Positions 1 to 7,184 of a DNA stretch of 18,818 bases are shown one piece after another. The stretch's first letter is position 1. Each line of letters opens with the position of its first letter. Under the pieces are notes generated by a model. That model saw nothing but the letters and a program-made list of their open reading frames with translations. It was not told the DNA's origin and made no database searches. Source of the stretch: Fibrobacteria bacterium (lineage in GTDB: Bacteria; Fibrobacterota; Fibrobacteria; UBA11236); NCBI GenBank assembly GCA_041746255.1, contig JBGTHM010000024.1:1-18818 (forward strand), in the 5' to 3' direction. The position numbers and the translations under genes are program-made.

Positions 1-41
1 TTCACATGCGGCTTCGTCCGCTCGAATTTGGCTTTAGCCAT
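1..41 (-). CDS. tuf: Elongation factor Tu, 5' end only (runs off the window)
   Basis: Reverse complement reads ATG GCT AAA GCC AAA TTC GAG CGG ACG AAG CCG CAT GTG = MAKAKFERTKPHV, the EF-Tu N-terminus. A purine-rich SD region (AGGAGTGGAGTAAGAGG) lies upstream. It follows the fusA-position gene as in str operons. Not in the ORF track. Confidence 0.95.
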   Translation of the reverse strand, partial: MAKAKFERTKPHV

Positions 42-156
42 AACCTCTTACTCCACTCCTCAACTTGGAAACGGGGCTTTTTTCCCGTTTTTCCAGGCTT
101 TTGCGATGATTTTTCCTGAGACAAAACTAGGCGCCGACAAAGCGCCGCCCTAAAAA

Positions 157-2094
157 TTATCCAGCGCTTTTGGCTTTTAGCCCGTGCTTTTCATAGGTTA
201 GCACGTAAACACCTAATCCTTTTGACAAGGAGCGCAACAAAGTAGTATAGCCGAAGGTTTTCTCCAAGGGTATCTCCAATAAAATTATCGAGTTATACCC
301 ATCTGAATCCAGCTTGCGCACCACCCCACTCCGAGAGGCTAAATCGGATAGAACCGCCCCACAATATTCGTCCGGAACAATGATTTCCAAACGCATAATC
401 GGCTCAAATATGTCAAATTTAGAGCATCCCAAACCGAGCGCTAGACAATCCAATAGGCATTTGGCGATTAGGGGGGGTGGGATTTCACCTGAGGGGGTGT
501 GGCCGCTCCCTAGCTCTTTTATATGGCAGTGCAGGTGTGCTATGGGGCCATATCCACAGGGACCCATATGCGTGAATTGTTCAAAAGCCCCTCGCAAAAT
601 GGTGGCCTGCGGTTCAATGTCTAATTCCGATTCCAGGGTCAGAAGATTCCGGTCCTCTTCATGTGGACTTACTGTAAGCTTAATCCGAATCTCGGATCCC
701 ATGGCCGAAGCGGAGTTTTCCAGCTCCTCCTGGCGGATTTTGAGCCTTTCGTTGTATTTAACACGAGGAGCGCCCACACGAATATTGCATCCGAATTCCT
801 TCATCAATCTGCGCGTGAATACCTCGAGTTGCAATTCTCCTACCGTATTGATTATCCACCCTCCCGTTTCAGGGTCAGACTCTATGAGGATAGACGGCTC
901 CGCCTCGGAAACCCGTGCCAGGGTTTCGCGTACGAAATCGTACTCCTTCTCTTCATTGAGCTCGATGCGGGATTGTAAAAGGGGCTTGTAGACTTTGAGC
1001 CCCAGGGAATCACTATCGCCGTCCGCCTGCAAGAACTGCCCCATTCGATAGCTTCGCTCGGTTTGCAGTGCTACGATTTCACCCGCTTCCGCCGCTTCGA
1101 TTTCGGAAAGGTTTTCAGCGAAGACCCGGTATAAGCGGGAACCATCGAAATCACCTTTGCGCGCATTGTGAAAAAGCTTTATCAGAAATATTTTCCCTAT
1201 GCCCTGATAGTATCGAATCTTGATAACAAATCCCTGGCGGCTTGCTTCTTCCGGTTTGATATCCGGTGCGGGCAGAATAAACTTGATTCCGTTCATGAGT
1301 TGGCGAATACCCACATTGCATAAGGCGGATCCCATGTAAACCGGCAGGTACATGCCGCTTTCCATGGCATATCGAATCCCTCGCATCAATTGATCGTGGG
1401 TCGGTTCCTCTCCTTTTACGAAAGCTTCCAGCACTTCATCGTCGAATTCAGCCGCAATGTCGACCAATTCGTGACGGGCCTGCAAATACTCCTCACGATT
1501 TTTTTCTGGAACATCCCCTTTGATCAGCTTCCTCGGGTTTTGTACAGATCGATACAGCGCCAACTGGTTGATCACGTCCACGACACCGTCGATTTTGCCA
1601 TCCACATAAATGGGAAGGGTAAGGGCGAAGGGTTTTACCTCGAAAGTAACCTGAATCTGCTTCATCACCTTGCGGTGATCGGCGCCAGAAAGATCCAGCT
1701 TATTGATATAGACCAGGCGGGCATTCTTTCGCGCTATTATTTTTTCCCAGGCTTCAAGACTTTGTGATTCGATACCGCTAATACCGGAAATCACCAGCAC
1801 CACTCCTTCCACGGCTTGTAGCGCGAAATCCACTTCCACTCCAAAGTCGACATGCCCCGGCGTGTCCACAAAGGTAACGGTCGTCTGCTTCCAGGTATAG
1901 GAAGCGATTCCCGCTTCGATGGTAATACCGCGTTTTTTCTCCTCTTCGAGGTAATCCATGGTGGCCAGACCTTCATCTACCTCTCCCAAACCCGAAATAC
2001 TTTGGCTGAAATAAAGAAGACGTTCTGAAACCGTGGTTTTACCCGCGTCCACATGTGCCAGAATGGCGATATTGCGCATGTCGGGTGGAGTCAT
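157..2094 (-). CDS. Divergent elongation factor G-like translational GTPase (645 aa) at the fusA position
   Basis: G1 AHVDAGKTT, G2 RGITI, G3 DTPGHVDF, G4 NKLD, G5 GSAL; G' subdomain; domain III GELQLEV; domain V EPIMRLEIIVP...FGYTTLLRSLSKG. Domain II is shortened and the domain IV loops are not conserved. The start could alternatively be Met6 (MRNIAI). Confidence 0.9.
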   Translation of the reverse strand: MTPPDMRNIAILAHVDAGKTTVSERLLYFSQSISGLGEVDEGLATMDYLEEEKKRGITIEAGIASYTWKQTTVTFVDTPGHVDFGVEVDFALQAVEGVVLVISGISGIESQSLEAWEKIIARKNARLVYINKLDLSGADHRKVMKQIQVTFEVKPFALTLPIYVDGKIDGVVDVINQLALYRSVQNPRKLIKGDVPEKNREEYLQARHELVDIAAEFDDEVLEAFVKGEEPTHDQLMRGIRYAMESGMYLPVYMGSALCNVGIRQLMNGIKFILPAPDIKPEEASRQGFVIKIRYYQGIGKIFLIKLFHNARKGDFDGSRLYRVFAENLSEIEAAEAGEIVALQTERSYRMGQFLQADGDSDSLGLKVYKPLLQSRIELNEEKEYDFVRETLARVSEAEPSILIESDPETGGWIINTVGELQLEVFTRRLMKEFGCNIRVGAPRVKYNERLKIRQEELENSASAMGSEIRIKLTVSPHEEDRNLLTLESELDIEPQATILRGAFEQFTHMGPCGYGPIAHLHCHIKELGSGHTPSGEIPPPLIAKCLLDCLALGLGCSKFDIFEPIMRLEIIVPDEYCGAVLSDLASRSGVVRKLDSDGYNSIILLEIPLEKTFGYTTLLRSLSKGLGVYVLTYEKHGLKAKSAG

Positions 2095-2165
2095 GGGGGG
2101 TTAAACTAGCTTTTTTGGCTGTACCCCATTTTAAAATTGGGAAACCTAGGCTTTCGGGTACCCAC

Positions 2166-3059
2166 TTAGGGGTTGGAATCAGGGGATGCGGCCGTCCTGG
2201 CACCCGCTCTTTCTTGTTGCCACTTTCGCCGGTATTCCGTAGGAGATTGATGGTGGAATTCCCTGAACTTGTTGGAAAAGTAGTTCACATAACTAAAGCC
2301 AAGTTTCGCGGAAATATCCGAGATGCTTAATTGGGGATTGCGCAGAAAATCCAAGGCTTTCAACATTCGGGCTTGATTATGGTATTCTTTGACCCCAAAC
2401 CCCGTAACGGCTTTGAAACGTTTGGAGAAATAATTGGGACTAAGAAAAAATTTACCCGCTACCTCTTCCAGTTGGATGGTGCAATGGATGTGCTCCTCCA
2501 GGTATTTTTTAGCCTTTTCCGCCACTATTTCATTCCGGTCCACCATAAAAACCCGGGATATTTCCGGATGAGCCTGGATGTAATCCAGCGTCTTATAAAT
2601 GCAGTCGAAAATTGCGGCCTGGGTTTGACTTGCTCCTCGCTTTCCTGAGTGCAAAAAGACTTCAAAAAGACCGCGGAAACTGTCGATTAGTGGGAGATCC
2701 AAAGGTTCCAACTTTAAAGGTCGTCCCGAGTCGAAGCCCGATTCCAAAACAGGCTTCACGTCGAAAGCGAATCCAACATACATGTTTTCCACTTTTTCAG
2801 ACCCGGTATTGATGAATTGGTGGGCTTCCATGGGTGGAATCATGACAAGTTCATTCTTTTCTACGGGCCAGACCTCCTTCCCAAAATGCAGTTCCCCCTT
2901 ACCGCTGTTGAAAAAGACGAGCTCCCAGAAGGGATGGGAATGGGTTTCACCCGCCCAGCCAATTGGGCAATTGACGAATCCGGCAATTTCCAACCGAATG
3001 TCCTGCGCCAGTTCTAAATGGAACCTGTCATCCTCGCCTCTGTAGGTAAATTGCTGCAT
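2166..3059 (-). CDS. AraC-family transcriptional regulator with N-terminal cupin sensor domain
   Basis: N-terminal cupin motif HSHPFWE...EAHQF. C-terminal double HTH: LEEVAGKFFLSPNYFSKRFKAVTG...ISDISAKLGFSYVNYFSNKFREFHHQSPTEYR. Confidence 0.93.
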   Translation of the reverse strand: MQQFTYRGEDDRFHLELAQDIRLEIAGFVNCPIGWAGETHSHPFWELVFFNSGKGELHFGKEVWPVEKNELVMIPPMEAHQFINTGSEKVENMYVGFAFDVKPVLESGFDSGRPLKLEPLDLPLIDSFRGLFEVFLHSGKRGASQTQAAIFDCIYKTLDYIQAHPEISRVFMVDRNEIVAEKAKKYLEEHIHCTIQLEEVAGKFFLSPNYFSKRFKAVTGFGVKEYHNQARMLKALDFLRNPQLSISDISAKLGFSYVNYFSNKFREFHHQSPTEYRRKWQQERAGARTAASPDSNP

Positions 3060-3128
3060 AGTTTATGAATTAGCCTGGCCTGGAAACGTGCAAAGGTCTA
3101 ATTTGCGGTATTTTTGAGGGAAAACACC

Positions 3129-3232
3129 AAAATGCGTAAAAATTGCACTGTAAATTGCAAATGCATTTTTTCCGGAATCGCTTACCTTATATTACAACAT
3201 TTGACCCAAGCTTAGGTCTTGCTCCCAAGACC
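3129..3232 (+). promoter_or_regulatory. Putative AraC-regulated promoter region of the OMP/ThuA genes
   Basis: AAATTGCA direct repeats at 3140-3147 and 3152-3159 plus related AATGC copies. A -10-like TATATT at 3188-3193 has no good -35. Near-palindrome at 3203-3218 and perfect 7-bp hairpin at 3215-3232. Confidence 0.4.
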
Positions 3233-3269
3233 AATATAACTCAACTTATTCGTCTGAAATAAACAGTAT

Positions 3270-4823
3270 ATGAATATTAAAAATAGTGCAGCATTATTTT
3301 TGGCCGCATGCCTGTCAGTCGTTTGGTCGGATGATTCGGACGTCGAGCGAAAGCCCATCTCCGTAAAATCGAACGTGGATTTTGGCCAGGTCATCAAAGG
3401 GTCCAACCTCGAGCTCGCTTCCGGCGGGGGCCTGGAACTTACTCCCATCCAGCGCACCGGCATATCCGTGATCCAGGAGATTTCCATCCAGAACCGACTG
3501 GATATCAGAGTGGGTGTTGGAGGTCTTTTTTGGTATGCCTGGCCGCAATTGGCGGCATCGCCCCATACTCAAATCGTTCGGTTCGGTCCCGGTATTTCTA
3601 CCGCCCACGGTCGCTTTAAATTCGGGCACCTCGATGATCCCTGGATGACCGCTCAATTCGGCTTTTATTCCTATAAATACAATCCCGATGCCCTCAATCT
3701 GGGGGAATACCTTTTCCGCTCGACCGCATATCCGGGCCTGCTTTATACAGGCGGTTGGTCGTTCATCAACAGCGCGGCGCACCGGACCACGGGCATACGC
3801 CTAAGCTTCTCACACCTGGACGGCGCTTTCGAACACGATGCCGTCGCATTCCTGGAATCCGACATTTTCCCCTTCAACAGCATTTCCCCCGGGTGGGTGG
3901 GGACTCTGAAAGTGGCGGGCGGCGCTTTGGAAATAGGGGCAGGGTTTTCCTACCAGCACCTTATACCCATGAAACCCAGCCAATTGACGCCGAATGATCC
4001 CCTGTCCAAATATGTCCGGTTGGATAATTTTCCAGCCATTGAGGCTGACACGGGCCGCGCGGTAATCGATAACCTGGAAGGACAATTCGTTACCAATCAT
4101 CGCGGCCATGCCGGTGGGGCCTTCGCAGGACTCGAACAGGAAATCATGACCATGCGGGATGCCGATGGAAACAAACCCTATGACATGGTGGTTCCCATCA
4201 ATTCCCCTGAGGCTACCCCCATCTCTACCGACGATGCCGCCTATCTGCAAAACCCCGCTGGGTACCGGTACCTCTATCCGCGAACAACGGAGCGGATCAG
4301 TTTCCAGGGTATCAAACTCATGGGCCGGGTCGCAGTTGATTTCAAGCGCCTATTTGGTTGGGAGGAGTCTCTGAATCCTCCGGATTTGCGGCTTTTTATG
4401 GAGGCTGCGATTCTTGGACTGGAGAACCAACCTTTTTATTACGAAGACATTACCAAACGCATTCCCGTCATGGTCGGCTTCAATTTTCCCACCTTCGGCT
4501 TATTGAACATTCTCAGCGTGCAGCTGGAATCGTATCGGCTTGACTTCCTTTCCTCCGAAGAGAAAAGCTTTAAAAACAACCTTCCGGTATACAAGGTACC
4601 CAACAATATCGCCATGCATCATGCATCGGAAAACCGCAACCATGACGACTTTAAATGGTCCGTTTACGGAAGCCGCTCCCTGTTCAAGGGCATTGATGTT
4701 TACCTGCAATTCGCCAGCGACCATATGCGATTGCAACAATTTACGGCAGAAAAAACCTGGGAACCGGTTTTGAATCGCCCCTCGGAATGGTACTACCTGA
4801 TTCGATTCGATTATGGTATTTGA
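3270..4823 (+). CDS. Secreted protein, predicted outer-membrane beta-barrel (517 aa), function unknown
   Basis: Signal peptide (MNIKNSAALFLAACLSVVWS). Many alternating amphipathic strands with aromatic residues (LDIRVGVGGLFWY, LEIGAGFSY, IDVYLQFASD). C-terminal beta-signal-like WYYLIRFDYGI. Confidence 0.7.
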   Translation: MNIKNSAALFLAACLSVVWSDDSDVERKPISVKSNVDFGQVIKGSNLELASGGGLELTPIQRTGISVIQEISIQNRLDIRVGVGGLFWYAWPQLAASPHTQIVRFGPGISTAHGRFKFGHLDDPWMTAQFGFYSYKYNPDALNLGEYLFRSTAYPGLLYTGGWSFINSAAHRTTGIRLSFSHLDGAFEHDAVAFLESDIFPFNSISPGWVGTLKVAGGALEIGAGFSYQHLIPMKPSQLTPNDPLSKYVRLDNFPAIEADTGRAVIDNLEGQFVTNHRGHAGGAFAGLEQEIMTMRDADGNKPYDMVVPINSPEATPISTDDAAYLQNPAGYRYLYPRTTERISFQGIKLMGRVAVDFKRLFGWEESLNPPDLRLFMEAAILGLENQPFYYEDITKRIPVMVGFNFPTFGLLNILSVQLESYRLDFLSSEEKSFKNNLPVYKVPNNIAMHHASENRNHDDFKWSVYGSRSLFKGIDVYLQFASDHMRLQQFTAEKTWEPVLNRPSEWYYLIRFDYGI

Positions 4824-4938
4824 TAGCCCCAGGAACTCAAGAACACAACCCAGCCTCCCTTGTCGGAGGATATCACCGAAGGAGGAAGCCAAAATGGATT
4901 CCATAGGAAACCCGGCCAATTGCGGAGGGATAAAATCA

Positions 4939-5994
4939 ATGGGAAGGATTATCACCATTGGCTTATTGGCGGGGCTTTTTGCCCACTCCGAGGGCCAGAT
5001 CAAAAAGGTGTTGGTCACCAACTACATCTACGGCGCCGTACATAATGAAGGCCGCAGGGTAAACCAGGAGCTACTGAAAATCATTGCGGACGAAATGAAA
5101 TTCACGATTGATGTCGTAGATTCGGAAAGCAAAATCACTGCGAACCTATTGAAAGACTACGACCTCGTCGTGTGGGACAATATGAGCCAGAACGGTTTGC
5201 AATCTTCCTCCGTGAAAAGAGTATGGGAGGACTATGTCAATGGCGGCGGTGGAATTTTCGGACTGCATGCCGCAGGCGATACCCGCACGGGCACTTGGAC
5301 CTGGTACATGGAAGGCGTATTGGATGCCAATTACGATGGGCATTCCGCCGTGGAAAAAGCCGATGCCTGGATCCATTCCGATGCCATTGCTCCCTCTGGG
5401 GAGTTTCACCCCGTACTCAAAGATCAGAAAAAGCATTTTCAGGAGGTTGCCATAACGGGCGAGCCCGGTAAACGGTGGGCGAACGTATTTACCGACGAAT
5501 GGTATAAATTCCCAAAGAATCCCGATTATAAAAAGCCGGACCTGACCGTACTGTTGGAGCTGGACGAGTTCAACAAACGGAAGCTCACCAACTGGGACCC
5601 CAAGATTACGAAGACCGGCTACCATCCCATGGCCTGGGCGCGTCACGACATCGGACCTGGAAAAGGCCGCGTCCTGTGGAGCGGCACCGGCCACGACGGA
5701 AAAATCCACCAATCACGAGGCCAGGGAATAAAGGACCTGTTTAAAAATGGAATTATCTGGGTGGCCAAGCAAACGGCCGGATGCACCAACCCCATGGCCT
5801 CCAACCATAATCCTTGGGTGGATTTGGACGACGGTAGTTGTTTGGGAGTGGGAGTTAATATTCTCGCTCCTGCGCCACAGCGCATCACCAATGCCAGCGG
5901 CCATTTCATCGCCAACGGGCTCTCGATATGGCCTCTGGAAAATGGCAGGCTCACCGACGCTGCGGGTAGATCGATAAAGATTATCCAACCTTAG
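4939..5994 (+). CDS. Secreted ThuA-like domain protein (class I glutamine amidotransferase-like fold) with C-terminal Cys motif and tail
   Basis: ThuA-like motifs YDLVVWDN, YVNGGGGIFGLHAAGDT, WTWY, HPVL, DEWYKF, HPMAW, GRVLWSGTGH. ATG4939 has SD GGAGGG (4924-4929) and begins a signal peptide (MGRIITIGLLAGLFAHSEG). An in-frame ATG at 4894 is an alternative start; the ORF-track start at 4813 overlaps the upstream gene. Confidence 0.85.
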   Translation: MGRIITIGLLAGLFAHSEGQIKKVLVTNYIYGAVHNEGRRVNQELLKIIADEMKFTIDVVDSESKITANLLKDYDLVVWDNMSQNGLQSSSVKRVWEDYVNGGGGIFGLHAAGDTRTGTWTWYMEGVLDANYDGHSAVEKADAWIHSDAIAPSGEFHPVLKDQKKHFQEVAITGEPGKRWANVFTDEWYKFPKNPDYKKPDLTVLLELDEFNKRKLTNWDPKITKTGYHPMAWARHDIGPGKGRVLWSGTGHDGKIHQSRGQGIKDLFKNGIIWVAKQTAGCTNPMASNHNPWVDLDDGSCLGVGVNILAPAPQRITNASGHFIANGLSIWPLENGRLTDAAGRSIKIIQP

Positions 5995-6081
5995 AAGCCG
6001 GCTAAAAGAGCTCTGTAGGTTCAACCCCGGTTCGCATGGAAGGGGCGCATCTCCCGCTCAACTGGATTTGGAATTGAGCAC

Positions 6082-6116
6082 AAAAAGAAAACCCCGGCCA
6101 CTTGACCGGGGTTTTT
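6082..6116. terminator. Bidirectional rho-independent terminator between convergent rpsG and the ThuA-like gene
   Basis: Stem AAAACCCCGG (6088-6097) / CCGGGGTTTT (6106-6115), with a T-run downstream on each strand. Confidence 0.85.
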
Positions 6117-6147
6117 CATTGCGATGAATTTCGGAAAGGATACTCCG

Positions 6148-6624
6148 TTACCAGCGGAAATGAGCGAAGGCTTTGTTGGATTCCGCCATGCGGTGGATAT
6201 CCTGACGCTTTTTGACGGCGTTACCCTCGTTATTGGCCGCCTGGAAAAGCTCTGCCGCCAAGCGCATGGGCATGTCTTTCTCGTTACGCTTCTGTGCCGC
6301 TTCCTTAAGCCACCGCAAAGCCAAAGCCGTGCGACGCTGAGGTGCAACTTCAACGGGAACCTGGTAATTAGCGCCACCGACACGGCGTGATTTCACTTCG
6401 ACGGCCGGCTTGATATTCGCTAATGCATTCTTGAACATCGTCAGTTCGTCTTCCTCGCCCCCGGCTTTACGCTTGAGGCGATCCAAGGCTCCGTATACGA
6501 TAGTTTCGGCGACACTGCGTTTCCCGCGGCTTAACACCACGTTCATGAATTGGGAAAGGAGCAGGCTGTTATATTTTGGATCCGGATAACTCTTGCGCTT
6601 GTCCGCTTTTTTTCTTCTAGACAT
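6148..6624 (-). CDS. rpsG: 30S ribosomal protein S7
   Basis: MSRR...[44 protein letters not shown]; follows rpsL. Confidence 0.99.
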   Translation of the reverse strand: MSRRKKADKRKSYPDPKYNSLLLSQFMNVVLSRGKRSVAETIVYGALDRLKRKAGGEEDELTMFKNALANIKPAVEVKSRRVGGANYQVPVEVAPQRRTALALRWLKEAAQKRNEKDMPMRLAAELFQAANNEGNAVKKRQDIHRMAESNKAFAHFRW

Positions 6625-6652
6625 GTGTTTCCCTTGCCCTTGAGGCTATGCT

Positions 6653-7075
6653 TTATTTCTTCTTCCCGCCCTTGGCGGCACCCTTCGCAACAGGAGCTGC
6701 GCCGGCTTTGGGACGCTTGACTCCGTAGAGCGAACGACTTTGGCGACGACCTTCGACACCGGAAGTATCCAAGGTTCCCCGGATGATATGGTAGCGCACC
6801 CCCGGAACATCCTTAACACGGCCTCCGCGAATCAGCACAATGGAATGCTCTTGCAGGTTGTGGCCTTCGCCGGGAATGTAGCAGGTGACCTCCATTTTAT
6901 TGGAAAGCCGCACGCGAGCGATTTTACGCAAAGCGGAATTGGGCTTTTTGGGGGTTGTGGTGTACACCCTGGTGCATACTCCCCGCTTTTGGGGACTGCC
7001 CATCAGAGCTGGCGCCTTGGATTTAACCACCGCCTTTTTTCGTCCCTTGCGGATTAACTGACTGATTGTGGGCAC
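6653..7075 (-). CDS. rpsL: 30S ribosomal protein S12
   Basis: GTG start at 7075 ([11 protein letters not shown]) with SD GGGAG. Motifs [23 protein letters not shown] and [10 protein letters not shown]. Lys/Ala/Gly-rich C-terminal tail. Confidence 0.99.
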   Translation of the reverse strand: MPTISQLIRKGRKKAVVKSKAPALMGSPQKRGVCTRVYTTTPKKPNSALRKIARVRLSNKMEVTCYIPGEGHNLQEHSIVLIRGGRVKDVPGVRYHIIRGTLDTSGVEGRRQSRSLYGVKRPKAGAAPVAKGAAKGGKKK

Positions 7076-7100
7076 GTAATTTTCTCCCGAAATGAGTGGC

Positions 7101-7130
7101 AAATTAAGCTAATAAGTCCATTTATGTCAA
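7101..7130 (-). promoter_or_regulatory. Sigma70-type promoter of rpsL-rpsG
   Basis: Minus strand TTGACA (7130-7125), 18-nt spacer, TAATTT (7106-7101), about 25 nt upstream of the rpsL start. Confidence 0.65.
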
Positions 7131-7184
7131 GGGCTTGGGGCCATCTACCGCCTGCGGCGGAGATGGGTTCCAAGCCCGGGTTTT

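Noticed and set aside
66..155. Hairpins between the EF-G-like gene and tuf as terminators
   Set aside because: The stems are short or imperfect (AAACGGG/CCCGTTT; GGCGC/GCGCC) and lack a convincing adjacent U-tract on the minus strand.
157..2094. TetM/TetO ribosomal protection protein (similar length, AHVDAGKTT G1)
   Set aside because: No YSPVST loop, a full EF-G-like G' subdomain, and a native fusA position next to tuf with no mobile context.
157..2094. fusA pseudogene
   Set aside because: The 645-codon frame is uninterrupted, with all G motifs and domain V preserved.
4813..4893. ORF-track N-terminal extension of the ThuA-like protein
   Set aside because: It overlaps the upstream gene's end, has no SD, and would bury the signal peptide.
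4864..4930. Glycine riboswitch (GGAG...CACCGAAGGAG resembles its core)
   Set aside because: The downstream CUCUCAGG element is absent and the gene context is unrelated; kept only as a generic structured spacer.
2095..6147. Insert as a mobile element or genomic island with att sites
   Set aside because: No recombinase or transposase gene, and no terminal inverted or direct repeats found by eye.
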